Below are positions 1-9,479 of a stretch of DNA of 63,336 bases, in pieces. The DNA comes from Chloroflexota bacterium. GTDB taxonomy: Bacteria > Chloroflexota > Limnocylindria > QHBO01. Both the position numbers and the translations under genes were made by a program. The stretch lies in NCBI GenBank assembly GCA_039933775.1, contig JBDTNK010000003.1:1-63336 (forward strand), in the 5' to 3' direction. How positions within the stretch are numbered: position 1 is the stretch's first letter; each line of letters opens with the position of its first letter. The notes under the pieces were generated by a model. That model saw only the letters and a program-made list of their open reading frames with translations, searched no databases and was not told the DNA's origin.

Positions 1-188
1 GGATACTGCGCATTGCGCGAGCAACGCACGCTGCTTTCAGTCCTTGACCTCGTACGCGATCGCACCAGACTGCGGGCTTGGCGTCGCGCGATCGCCGTCG
101 GTCGACAAGTTCCCGCGGCGGAATTGCTCCAGTGGTTCGGCAGGCGAAGCGCATTAGCTGCGCCGGAGCTGAACTAAGATTTCGCCCC

Positions 189-561
189 ATGCAGATATCG
201 ATCATCGGCGGCGGATACGCGAGGCATGTGGCTGTCACGAGCCCCGCGCGCAGCTAAGCAACGTCGGTTCGCCTACTCGCCGACACACACAAGGACGACG
301 TCCGCTCACCCCGTTAGCCGAAGACGGTGCTGCGGACCTGAGTCAGGTCCAGTCGGCCTGCGCCGACATTCGGCGCCAGGCGTTCGACGCCCCGGTCGTG
401 ATCCGAAGCACCCTACCCGTCGGGTCCACCTCGCGTCATTCTCGCAACTGAGTGGCCGCAATACCGAAACGTTTCCTGGGCTGACCTTCGGGCAAAGCCG
501 GGAGCTGGTCATTTTCGATGGCCGCAACGCGCTCGACCATTCGGTCATGCGCGCGGCCGGG
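189..561 (+). pseudogene. ugd: Relic of UDP-glucose/GDP-mannose 6-dehydrogenase, three collinear fragments in three frames
   Basis: ATG189 gives MQISIIGGGY (Rossmann start). Frame from 311 gives PLAEDGAADLSQVQSAC...VVIRSTLPVGST. Frame of ORF 226 gives VIFDGRNALDHSVMRAAG (511-561). All three resemble Ugd motifs, in order, within about 370 nt. Confidence 0.75.
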
Positions 562-575
562 TGCGCGCGTTGTCT

Positions 576-1727
576 CTATCTGGCGAGCCGCGTGAACTCC
601 GCCAAGAGGTCAAGGAACGACCAGGCCCGCGCATCCCAGCTGTTCGCCTCGGCGAGATGGCGTCGCGTCGCTGACGACTCGGGGCTATCGGCATCTATGG
701 CCGCCGCGACTGCTCGACCGAATTCAGCCGGCGAATTGGCGATGGTGCCAAGCCCCGGGATGCTGGAGAGCGGCGGCACGGCCGTCCCGACAACAGCAAT
801 CCCGTACGACAGGTAGTCCCACACCTTCATGGCGTCCTGGCTCACGGTGTAGTCATCCACCACATGCGGAACCAAACCGACAGCTGTGGATCGCAACAAG
901 CTGTCACGCCCGGCGCCGTAGCTCGGACCTGTGAAGTCCACCGCTGGATGCCGGAGGAGATCATCCCAGCCACGCGGTGCCACCTGCATCGTGCCGGCGA
1001 GGATCAGCTTGCTGTGGCGTTCTCGAGCGACGTCTGCTGCCGCACGCAGCAGATCCACTCGGATACGAGGCTGAATGTTCCCGAGGTAGGTGATGTCGGC
1101 GGCGGTTCGTTCGCGCTCACGTTCGCCATCGACATGTGCACCATTCGGCAGAAGGCGCACGTTCCTGGCACCAAGAGCCGACATTCGATCACTCATCGTC
1201 GGCGTATTGGCAGTAATCAAATCCGCGAATCGAGCCGCCGCAGCGTACCCGGCTCGGATGGCGGTGACGCGATGTTCTGAGCCTGAATACAACGGCGAGC
1301 GGTCCCACGCGTCATAAGCATCAAACACACGAAGAGGTCCCTTGATCCGGTCAAGCGCAGACGCAGACCGTGGGTCGGTGATAATCACCGCCGCAGGCGG
1401 TGGCACGACGTGCTCGGCGACCGCTCCGATCAATCGACCCTCCATGAAGCCCGATGGCGCGGCATGCTCCAGGAGTTTGATGCGTGCTTCGTAGGCCGCG
1501 CTGAAAATCGGCCAACCCCCAATGAATTCGAGCCGAAGCTTGCGCAAAGCGGCCAACGTGCGATGGGGCGGCGTCCTCGCCAGGATCGTGGTGTACAGGC
1601 CGCGGCGCGCTAGCGCTCTCGCGAGCTGTGCGGGGCGCGTAGACCAGCCGCGCTGCTCCGCAAGGTAGCGGCCGTGCGGCGTCACCCACAGCACTGCCTC
1701 CGAGCAGCCCACGGGGGCATCCGTCAC
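576..1727 (-). CDS. GT-B fold glycosyltransferase (GT4-like)
   Basis: 383 aa with DAYDAW, YLGNIQPRIRVDLL, MKVWDYLSYGIAVVGT and C-terminal NSWDARA, typical of EPS-locus GT4 enzymes. Confidence 0.75.
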   Translation of the reverse strand: MTDAPVGCSEAVLWVTPHGRYLAEQRGWSTRPAQLARALARRGLYTTILARTPPHRTLAALRKLRLEFIGGWPIFSAAYEARIKLLEHAAPSGFMEGRLIGAVAEHVVPPPAAVIITDPRSASALDRIKGPLRVFDAYDAWDRSPLYSGSEHRVTAIRAGYAAAARFADLITANTPTMSDRMSALGARNVRLLPNGAHVDGERERERTAADITYLGNIQPRIRVDLLRAAADVARERHSKLILAGTMQVAPRGWDDLLRHPAVDFTGPSYGAGRDSLLRSTAVGLVPHVVDDYTVSQDAMKVWDYLSYGIAVVGTAVPPLSSIPGLGTIANSPAEFGRAVAAAIDADSPESSATRRHLAEANSWDARAWSFLDLLAEFTRLAR

Positions 1728-1730
1728 GAA

Positions 1731-2660
1731 CTATCCGCCACTTCGTCCGCTCGCGTCGGCAGATCCGCCCGGCGTCACGGGCGCTGGGTATCGGTCGAAT
1801 TCAGATCCGTTGAGGCCATCGGGATCAACGGCGAGCGGGGCCGCGACGCACCGGAATGATCGCTCCTCGACTGCGCTCACGCCTGAAACCGCACCGTCTT
1901 CGCTCACCAGCAAGGTGATCAGCTCACCTCCTGACAATTGGATACTGTCGGTGTGCTCACCATCGCGATCGAAATTGATGTCATTCAACCCTCGAATAGC
2001 CCGAAGCTGTTGGACAGTCGCGAGCCGATACCGCCAGCCTGTGTCTGCGCCCAGAGCTTGACACGCGTCGGCGGCATCCCATGAGCTGGCAGCGGGATGC
2101 ACAACAGTTTCGAAGCAGAGCCCCTGCGAATAGATGGTCCCCTCTGGGCAGCCAATGCTCCACCCGTCCGTAGCGTCCGCATTGAGAAGATCAACGCGCC
2201 GCGCAGACGACACTGTCATCGGCGGCAATCGGTCTGGGCCGCGCAGAACAAGCGGCACGCTCCCGTCGCTCGTGGCGACAAGAGCTGGGTTCGCCTTGGC
2301 GCTCGCTCTGAGCCCTGCGCCCTGCCCCTTCTTGTCCGCCTCATTGGACGCAAAAAGGCCATAGGTATCGGAATTCGCAACGACGCCGCTGATCGCGGAA
2401 CCACCCGTACTTGTGAAGAAGCCCGCGGTCCCAATCTCCGCAATGCCGCGGATCGCGGTACCGGTGCCTTCCTGAGTCACCAGCACAGCCGCGGCCGCTG
2501 GCGTATTCGCATTCAGACTGGTCGTTTGGGTTCCTGCGTTGTTCGGACTGCCCAATAGAAGAGGGCTGCCGGCGCTCCCGCTCACCAGACCTCCGACGAA
2601 GAGTGCGAGCGAGACAGCTGCGACGAGTGCGAATCGGAAGCGAAACAGAATAGAAGGCAT
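1731..2660 (-). CDS. Secreted/membrane-anchored hypothetical protein with Cys-containing C-type-lectin-like C-terminal region
   Basis: N-terminal basic + hydrophobic signal. Gly/Ala/Ser-rich middle. C...C...W.A..AC...RLAT..QL...FRC pattern. Tightly packed with neighbours. Confidence 0.6.
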   Translation of the reverse strand: MPSILFRFRFALVAAVSLALFVGGLVSGSAGSPLLLGSPNNAGTQTTSLNANTPAAAAVLVTQEGTGTAIRGIAEIGTAGFFTSTGGSAISGVVANSDTYGLFASNEADKKGQGAGLRASAKANPALVATSDGSVPLVLRGPDRLPPMTVSSARRVDLLNADATDGWSIGCPEGTIYSQGLCFETVVHPAASSWDAADACQALGADTGWRYRLATVQQLRAIRGLNDINFDRDGEHTDSIQLSGGELITLLVSEDGAVSGVSAVEERSFRCVAAPLAVDPDGLNGSEFDRYPAPVTPGGSADASGRSGG

Positions 2661-2732
2661 CTCTAGGACCTCGGTATGGAGCGTGCCCGATGCACGATCA
2701 AGATGGCTTGCGGTTGAGAATGACCGATTGAC

Positions 2733-4163
2733 TCATGGCACCTGTTCGGTAGTAGCCGAGCGCGCAAGGCTCAGGACGATCCCCCAGGTGATAGCGACAA
2801 TGATTGCTGCCGCCGGGTCGAGCCAGAGTGACTCAGTAACGCCGGAAATCAGGGTGGTGATCATCGCGGCTACGGCGAGCCAGATCGCGAACTGCCGAGA
2901 GCTCAGCACGGCGCGCGCTGCGGCGAGCAAGAGGACGAGGATCGCTGCAAAGGCCACGAATCCGAGAGCACCCTGCTTGAACAAAATCCCGAGATACTGG
3001 CTGTGCGATCCGAGTGGAGGTGAGTCGGCTGCAGCCTCTCTGGTATCGACGGATATCTCGACCTCAGCGCCTGATTCGGGCACGTCTCGCAGCCAATCGA
3101 TCTCCGTCCCCCATCCGAGTATCGGGCGTTCAGACCAGCGCCTGAGCGTCTCCCCGTAGAGTTCCGCGCGCGGGCCAAGGCTCCGCGTCGTGGCGAGGCG
3201 CGCTGCTGCTTCGGCCACACCGGTTACGAGGGCGACACCAATGAGCGCCACGAATACCAATCCAATCGCGCCCAGGATCCGCTTATTCATGAGCGTCGCA
3301 GCGTTCAAATTGGCGACACGCAACGAGCGCAGAACAAACACGGCGGAGAGCACGATCACCAACGCAGCGATCGGTACACGCGTTGTCGTTGCTAGCAACG
3401 ACAACGCGCTCAAAGACGAGGCGACGATGAATCCCCACCGTACGGACGGGTACCACCACGTCGCGGCCATAAAGAGGGGAACCGCAGCCGCTTGAGCCAC
3501 GGCTTGAGACGTGCTGAAGAGAAATATGCCCTGCGCACGGACAAAGATGGCACCCAGGAAGTAGCTGGGAGTTCCAAGCGACCTGTCCGTGAATGTCAGC
3601 TCGCCCAAGCGCGTCGAGGAAATGACATCGGGAACGAGGCCTTCAATCGGCGTCTTGAACGGAAAGATGCTTTGCGTGGCGAATGCGAACAGTGACGCCG
3701 CCGACGACACCGTCATGACGAACGCAATACCAATGAGGAGAATCTTCAGGTGATCTCCCGACGGGCGTAATGCCGACGTGCCGAGGACGACGGCAAAGAA
3801 CACGGCAACGATTGCCATCTCACGTGCGAGCGTCAGCCATCGCTCGCCCGTCGCGCCCAGCACGCCCGAAACGATCATCACGACCGCGAACGCCGCGATG
3901 GATGCCACAAGCCGGCGAGAAGGTTGCGCACGCAGGGCATACACGCCGACGGCCGGTCCGATGATGAGCCATGCCACCTGATCAAGACCCAGCCGCCAGA
4001 GCCCGGGAATGGCGAGTAGCAGCAACAGGATGATCGAAGCCAGCGAAGCGCCCTCAGGCCTTGTCGAGTCACGCCGCCGATGCACCACGACAGCGGCGTC
4101 GTGGCTGCTCGCCTGCGGCCACGCGCAGTCTGCCACTACACTGCCGGCTGTGTCGCGCAGCAT
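2733..4163 (-). CDS. O-antigen ligase / Wzy polymerase family membrane protein (start uncertain)
   Basis: About 10-12 TM segments, large loop R.ELY...RPILGWG and HSQYLGILFKQGALGF (Wzy_C-type His motif). Confidence 0.8.
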   Translation of the reverse strand: MLRDTAGSVVADCAWPQASSHDAAVVVHRRRDSTRPEGASLASIILLLLLAIPGLWRLGLDQVAWLIIGPAVGVYALRAQPSRRLVASIAAFAVVMIVSGVLGATGERWLTLAREMAIVAVFFAVVLGTSALRPSGDHLKILLIGIAFVMTVSSAASLFAFATQSIFPFKTPIEGLVPDVISSTRLGELTFTDRSLGTPSYFLGAIFVRAQGIFLFSTSQAVAQAAAVPLFMAATWWYPSVRWGFIVASSLSALSLLATTTRVPIAALVIVLSAVFVLRSLRVANLNAATLMNKRILGAIGLVFVALIGVALVTGVAEAAARLATTRSLGPRAELYGETLRRWSERPILGWGTEIDWLRDVPESGAEVEISVDTREAAADSPPLGSHSQYLGILFKQGALGFVAFAAILVLLLAAARAVLSSRQFAIWLAVAAMITTLISGVTESLWLDPAAAIIVAITWGIVLSLARSATTEQVP

Positions 4164-4181
4164 TGAACGCTCGGCGCGCCG

Positions 4182-5645
4182 ATGACGGCGGGGGGAACCG
4201 CGGCGCCGCAGACGCCGGCCGATCGCATCGATAGCTCACGATCCGACCTGGCGGTCGGCATCGTTCGTCTGGTGATCGGGCGGGCGCTGAGCGTCGTGCT
4301 CAACTTCCTGGGGTGGGCCTTCATGGCGCGCGCCCTGGGTCCTGACGACTTCGGGATCGTGCAGTTCGGCATCTCGATCATGTTCTACGTCAGCTTCGTG
4401 ACCGATCTGGGTCTCACGACGCTCGGCACGCGCGATGTCGCCGCCAGCTCCCGCCCCGGGCAGCTGGTCCGCACGATCATGGGGCTGCGCATCGTGCTGG
4501 CGGTGGTTGCCACGCTCATCGCCGTCCTGGTGTCCGTGGCCGCGCCGGTACCGCCGCAGATCGCCGACGACGTGCGCCTCGTCGGACTGATCCTGAGCTC
4601 GACGATCGCGGCAGGCGCGATCAACGGCCTGTGGCTCCTCCGCGCGCAGGGGCGGGCCAGCGCCATCGCGCTGCAGGACGTTGCGGCGGCCTTCGTGCTC
4701 GTGGCCGGCGCCGTCCTGCTCGTTCGGCCCACCGACAGTGTGGCGCTGGCGGCGGCCACGTTCGCAGGGGCCCAATGGCTCGCGGCGCTGCTCAGCCTGC
4801 GCTCGGTGGGCGGGTGGCTGACGCTACAGCCGTCGCTCGACAATGCCGGCGCGATCCTGCGCCGCGCCCTGCCGCTGGGCGTCGCGGCACTGGCCGTGAA
4901 CGTCTACTACACCGCCGACACGGTCCTGCTCGGCATCCTGCGCGACAGCACCGAGGTCGGCCTGTACGGCGCGGCATACCGCCTCGTGACGCCCTGGCTG
5001 ATGCTCGCATCGGTCGCCGGGCTCCTCGCCATGCCCACCCTCGCGCGCCTCGTCGAGCAGCGCTCGTCGGACGTGGAGCGGACGCTCCTTGGCCTCTCGC
5101 GCGGCCTGCTGGCGCTGGGGATCCCGATCGCCGCTGCGACCACGATCGCCGCGCCGCAGGTGCTGCAGATCGTCTTCGGGCCGGCGTACGCGGATGCGGC
5201 GGCCCCGCTGGCGCTGCTCATCTGGAGCACCGTGACCGTCTATGCCAACGCCCCGTTTGGCTTTCTGCTCCTGGCGCGGCACGAGGATCGGCGCTACATG
5301 TGGATCGCGATCGTCGGTGCGGTGGTGAACCTGGGCATGAACGCGGTCCTGATTCCGACCATCGGCATGATCGGCGCGGCGACGGCAACACTGGGGGCCG
5401 AAGTCGCCGTCCTTGGATGCATGCTGTGGTTCACGCGCGATGTCTCCGTTGCCATCTTGCGCAGCAGCCTGCCGCCGGCACTGCTGCTCGCCGCGCTCAC
5501 ATCGGTCGCCGTGTGGCCGGTGCGCGACAGCGGCTGGGTCATTCCGGTTGGCGCTGCGGCGTTCCTGATCGGCGGGACCGTCTTGGGCGTGTTGCCAGCA
5601 CGCACCGTCATGGGCGCGCTGCGGCGCCCGGTGCATCGGTCCTGA
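4182..5645 (+). CDS. wzx: Wzx-type oligosaccharide flippase
   Basis: 487 aa multi-TM. ARALGPDDFG, DTVLLG...EVGLYGAAYRL and NLGMNAVLIPTIGMIGAA MOP-family motifs. Confidence 0.85.
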   Translation: MTAGGTAAPQTPADRIDSSRSDLAVGIVRLVIGRALSVVLNFLGWAFMARALGPDDFGIVQFGISIMFYVSFVTDLGLTTLGTRDVAASSRPGQLVRTIMGLRIVLAVVATLIAVLVSVAAPVPPQIADDVRLVGLILSSTIAAGAINGLWLLRAQGRASAIALQDVAAAFVLVAGAVLLVRPTDSVALAAATFAGAQWLAALLSLRSVGGWLTLQPSLDNAGAILRRALPLGVAALAVNVYYTADTVLLGILRDSTEVGLYGAAYRLVTPWLMLASVAGLLAMPTLARLVEQRSSDVERTLLGLSRGLLALGIPIAAATTIAAPQVLQIVFGPAYADAAAPLALLIWSTVTVYANAPFGFLLLARHEDRRYMWIAIVGAVVNLGMNAVLIPTIGMIGAATATLGAEVAVLGCMLWFTRDVSVAILRSSLPPALLLAALTSVAVWPVRDSGWVIPVGAAAFLIGGTVLGVLPARTVMGALRRPVHRS

Positions 5646-5703
5646 TGGGTGGGAGGCTGCGCTACCCTGTGAGCGCAACCCGGCCAGTGGAGGGGCGAAC
5701 CGC

Positions 5704-6177
5704 GTGAAAACCAGGCGCCGCGCGCAGTGCCGCATCGCCCTCGTCGGAAGCAGTGGCGGCCACCTCGCCCATCTCCTCGCGCTGCGTCCGTTCTGGGAGG
5801 AGCGCGATCGCTTCTGGGTCACCTTCGACACGCCCGATGCCCAGTCGCTGCTCGAGGGCGAACGACACTACTGGTCGCACCACCCGACGAACCGCCACGT
5901 GCTCAACCTCGTCCGCAACACGTTCCAGGCCGTGCAGATCCTCCTCCGGGAGCGACCATCGCTCATCGTTTCGGCCGGTGCCGCGACGGCGATCCCCTAC
6001 TTCTGGCTGGCGCGCGTCTTCGGCGCACGGACCGTCTTCATCGAGGTGCTGGACCGGCTCGACTCACCCACGATCACAGGCCGCGTCGTGGCCCCGGTGG
6101 CGCACACCATCTTGGTGCAGTGGACCGAGCAGCAGCGCTTCTATCCGCGCGCTCGGCTCGTCGGCCCCATCCTGTGA
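5704..6177 (+). CDS. pssD: PssD/Cps14F (Alg14-like) glycosyltransferase subunit
   Basis: ALVGSSGGHLAHL, WVTFDTPDA, PSLIVSAGAATAIP, TVFIEV, VQW..Q..FYP. Confidence 0.9.
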   Translation: MKTRRRAQCRIALVGSSGGHLAHLLALRPFWEERDRFWVTFDTPDAQSLLEGERHYWSHHPTNRHVLNLVRNTFQAVQILLRERPSLIVSAGAATAIPYFWLARVFGARTVFIEVLDRLDSPTITGRVVAPVAHTILVQWTEQQRFYPRARLVGPIL

Positions 6178-6665
6178 TCCTCGTGACGCTGGGCACCCAT
6201 CCGCAGCCCATGGATCGGCTGCTGCGGCGGCTCGACGAGCTGGTCGCGTCCGGGGAGATCAGCGACGAGGTGATCGTCCAGGCACCGGCCATCGACTATG
6301 TGCCCAAACACCTGGCGGTCAGGTCGGTCCTGCCCTTCACCGAACTCACCCGCCTCATCTCAGAGGCCGATGCGGTGATCAGCCATGCCGGCCCGGGCAC
6401 CCTGGCCACGATCCGCCTGGCGGGCAAGATGCCGGTCGTGGTGGCCCGCTCCCGCCGCCACCGCGAGCACGTCGACACGCACCAGGAGTTCTACGCCCGG
6501 CACCTGCGCAAGCTCCCCGGCTACATCGTGGTCGACGACCTCGACGGACTGGCCGATGCCATCCGCCGCGGCCGCAGCGAGACGCTCGAGGTCGGCGCGC
6601 CCGATGTCTCCGATGCGGTTGCCGCCCTTGACGAGGAGCTGCGCCTCGCCGGCTGCCCTCGATGA
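6174..6665 (+). CDS. pssE: PssE/Cps14G (Alg13-like, GT28 C-terminal) glycosyltransferase subunit
   Basis: GTGA overlap with pssD stop. ILVTLGTHPQPMDRL, VISHAGPGTL, EHVDTHQ. True start is GTG 6174 inside ORF 5727-6665. Confidence 0.9.
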   Translation: MILVTLGTHPQPMDRLLRRLDELVASGEISDEVIVQAPAIDYVPKHLAVRSVLPFTELTRLISEADAVISHAGPGTLATIRLAGKMPVVVARSRRHREHVDTHQEFYARHLRKLPGYIVVDDLDGLADAIRRGRSETLEVGAPDVSDAVAALDEELRLAGCPR

Positions 6666-7702
6666 CGACCACGCCTCAGGTGGCGATCATCACCGCCACG
6701 TACAACCACGAGCGCTTCATCGGCGAATGCATCGAGAGCGTGCTGGCGCAGACGTTCAGCGCGTGGGAGATGGTCGTCGTGGACGACGGATCGACCGATG
6801 CGACGCGCGAGATCGTCCAGGGCGCCTGCGCCCGCGACAGCCGCGTCACGCTCGTCGCGCAGCAGCGGTTGGGCCTGGAACGCCTGGCGGAGACGTATCG
6901 CGCCGCGCTCGAGCGCACGACCGCGCCGTTCGTGGCGATCCTGGAGGGCGACGACACCTGGCCCGCCACCAAGCTCGCGCTGCAGGTGCCGCGCTTCGCG
7001 GATCCCGCGGTCGTGCTGGCATACGGCGCCGCGGGGCTCGTCGACGCGCATGGCTGCCGGTACGCGACCTATCGCCGTCGCGCGAAGGAGCCAGGCGTCG
7101 AGAACCGGCCCGTCGGCTCGATTCTGCCCTCGCTGCTCGAGCAGAACTTCATCGTCGCGCCAACGGTGATGCTGCGCCGCAGCGCGCTCGATTCGATCGG
7201 CGGCTTCTGGCAGCCGGCCGGCGTGCCGTACGTGGATCACCCGACCTGGCTGCGCCTGGCGCTCGAGGGGCCATTCGCCTTCGAGCATCGCGTCGTCGGT
7301 AACTGGCGTCGCCATCCGGGCCAGTTCACAACCTCACGCGCCGTTGGCCCGCAGCCGGATAACCGTGCCTTTTTGCAGGAGATCGCGGACGAGGCCGCCC
7401 GGCGCGGCATGCTCGCCGAGCCCCAGGCGCGCGCTGCGCGCATCGCGTCAGGTCCGGGGCGCCACGAGCGCTGGTCGCAGGCGAGCGCGTTCCGCCTGGC
7501 GCTCCTCTCCGGGTCGATGCACGATGCCTGGCGCGCGGCTCGGCCGCTCATCGCGACCGGCGAGCCCAAGTGGATGGCGCTCGCGGCGACCGGGCTCGGC
7601 TCACGCCTCGCCGGCGGCGACCTCGAGTGGATCTTCCGGCGCACGCAGCGCTTCTCGTGGCCGTCGCGTCGCCATGCGCGGCGACACGAGGGCAATCAGT
7701 AG
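6662..7702 (+). CDS. Glycosyltransferase family 2
   Basis: IITATYNHERFIGECIESVLAQT, VVVDDGSTD, ILEGDD (DxD-like). Confidence 0.9.
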   Translation: MTTTPQVAIITATYNHERFIGECIESVLAQTFSAWEMVVVDDGSTDATREIVQGACARDSRVTLVAQQRLGLERLAETYRAALERTTAPFVAILEGDDTWPATKLALQVPRFADPAVVLAYGAAGLVDAHGCRYATYRRRAKEPGVENRPVGSILPSLLEQNFIVAPTVMLRRSALDSIGGFWQPAGVPYVDHPTWLRLALEGPFAFEHRVVGNWRRHPGQFTTSRAVGPQPDNRAFLQEIADEAARRGMLAEPQARAARIASGPGRHERWSQASAFRLALLSGSMHDAWRAARPLIATGEPKWMALAATGLGSRLAGGDLEWIFRRTQRFSWPSRRHARRHEGNQ

Positions 7703-8637
7703 GCGGGCGCCTCGCCCCGCAGCGCACGCCGCGCGACGCGAATAGCACGTCCGAACCAGCCGGGCCGCCGCAGTGCGACCTGCAGCAGGCGCAGGATCCA
7801 GAAGACCCGCAGCCAAGCCTCCAGGTAGGCGCGCGCCGGGCATGCTGCCTCGCGGAAGTAGTGGCGCACACCCCAGGTCAGGTCGTGCCGCAGCCGAAGC
7901 TGGGCAGCGGGATCATCAGTCCCAACACCGGCGCCCCCACGGGCGTGGTGCACGCGCACGTCATCGGCGACCACGATCGGGCCGTGGCGGCGCAGACGGC
8001 GGCAGAGGTCGACGTCGCTCATGTAGTTGAAGTATTCGGGCTCCAGCAGCTCGGTGCCAAGCAGGGCGCGTGGCGCCATGAGAAAGGCGCCCGGTGGCTG
8101 GTCGACCGGGGTCACGCCATCGAAGCGCTCATCGGCCATCAGGTAGCGTCGCCCGCGTGCGGTCCACGCCACCAATGCCCCGAGCAGCACGACCGGGATG
8201 TCGAGCGCGCCGGGCAGGCGGCGGTAGTAGCGTTGCAGTGAGCCATCGTCGTTGAGCAGGTAGGCCCCCTGCGCGGCGGGCGGCTGCTGGCCGTTGAACC
8301 GCGCCAGGGCGTTTGCGAGCGCATCCGGCTCGAGCTGGGTATCCGGGTTGAGCAGGAGCACGAAATCGCCGATGGCGCGCTCGTACCCGATGTTGCACCC
8401 ACCGGTGAAGGTGCGGTTCTCCGCTTGCGGCAGCCAGGTCACCCACGGGGAGGCGGCGGCCATCGCCTCGACATCGAAGCCAGCGCTGGCGTTGTCGACC
8501 ACGATCGTCTGGGTCTGCCCGAAGACCGATGACGCGGCGACCGACGCCAGGCAACGCCGCAGCAGCTCGGTCGACTCGTAGTTCACGATGATGATCGAGA
8601 CCGATGGCCGTCCTGCGGCCGGCGATTGCTCAGCCAC
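7696..8637 (-). CDS. Glycosyltransferase family 2 (WbbL-like putative rhamnosyltransferase)
   Basis: SIIIVNYES, IVVDNAS, FTGGCNIG, LLLNPDT, PPGAFL, YMSDVDLC. GTG start at 8637 or 8643 overlaps the rmlD stop. Confidence 0.85.
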   Translation of the reverse strand: MAEQSPAAGRPSVSIIIVNYESTELLRRCLASVAASSVFGQTQTIVVDNASAGFDVEAMAAASPWVTWLPQAENRTFTGGCNIGYERAIGDFVLLLNPDTQLEPDALANALARFNGQQPPAAQGAYLLNDDGSLQRYYRRLPGALDIPVVLLGALVAWTARGRRYLMADERFDGVTPVDQPPGAFLMAPRALLGTELLEPEYFNYMSDVDLCRRLRRHGPIVVADDVRVHHARGGAGVGTDDPAAQLRLRHDLTWGVRHYFREAACPARAYLEAWLRVFWILRLLQVALRRPGWFGRAIRVARRALRGEAPAY

Positions 8638-9475
8638 GCTCACCGGCCACCGCCAGCGACGGTGCCGCCCAGCCGCGCGGCGGGAGGCCGAGCGCCTGCG
8701 CCTTTGCCGTCGAGAGGACCGCCCGCGGCGGGACGCGCGAGGCGCGCTGGAAATCGCGCATGCTGATGGATTCGATGGGCATCGTCTCGCCAAGAAAGGT
8801 CCGTGCCCAACCGAGGCGGCTCGTGGCCGGCTCCCCGCCGAGGTGGTAGATGCCTCCGGCGCCGACGTCGACGAGGGCGCGCACGTCGTCGGCCAGGAAG
8901 GGCGTCCAGGTCGGGTTGCCCCATTCGTCGTCGACGACGCGCAGCGGTTCCCCTGCGACCCGCGCCCGGTCCGCCGCGGCAAGGATTTTCGTCACGAAGT
9001 TCGTTCCCCCCGGTCCGAAGAGCCACGCGGTGCGCACCACGATCGACCGCGGGTTTGCCGCGCGAGTCAGCTCCTCGCCGCGCAGCTTCGAAGCCCCGTA
9101 CGGATTGCGCGGGTCCGTGGGGTCGTCCTCGGCGTAGGGCGTCTCGCGCAACCCGTCGAAGACCTCGTTCGTGCTGATCTGCACGCTCAGCGCCCCTGCG
9201 CGTGCCGCGGCCGCGGCCACCGCCCCTGCCGCCTCGCCGTTGATGCGCAGGGCACGTTCCGGATCGCGAGCACAGCCGTCGACATCGGTCCATGCGGCAG
9301 CATTGATCACGACGTCAGGGGCCCACGCCGCAAGGCGGGTGAGATCGTCGGCTCGCTCAATGTCCCACTCGGGACGAACAACCTGGAGCACCTCGTCGCC
9401 GGCCTCGGCGAACGTGCGCACCAGCTGACGTCCAAGCTGGCCGGCGGCGCCGGTGACCGCAACGCGACGTGGCAC
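8630..9475 (-). CDS. rmlD: dTDP-4-dehydrorhamnose reductase
   Basis: VTGAAGQLG, INAAAWTDVD.CA, ISTNEVFDG, P.NPYGASKL.GE, VDDEWGNPT. Confidence 0.92.
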   Translation of the reverse strand: MPRRVAVTGAAGQLGRQLVRTFAEAGDEVLQVVRPEWDIERADDLTRLAAWAPDVVINAAAWTDVDGCARDPERALRINGEAAGAVAAAAARAGALSVQISTNEVFDGLRETPYAEDDPTDPRNPYGASKLRGEELTRAANPRSIVVRTAWLFGPGGTNFVTKILAAADRARVAGEPLRVVDDEWGNPTWTPFLADDVRALVDVGAGGIYHLGGEPATSRLGWARTFLGETMPIESISMRDFQRASRVPPRAVLSTAKAQALGLPPRGWAAPSLAVAGERG

Positions 9476-9479
9476 GCCG

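Noticed and set aside
1-177. Open frame 1 at the window edge (GYCALREQ...APELN*)
   Set aside because: Could be the tail of an upstream gene, but it has no recognisable motif in 58 codons.
226-816. 196-aa plus-strand ORF
   Set aside because: Chimera of the ugd relic's last fragment and antisense of the GT at 576-1727.
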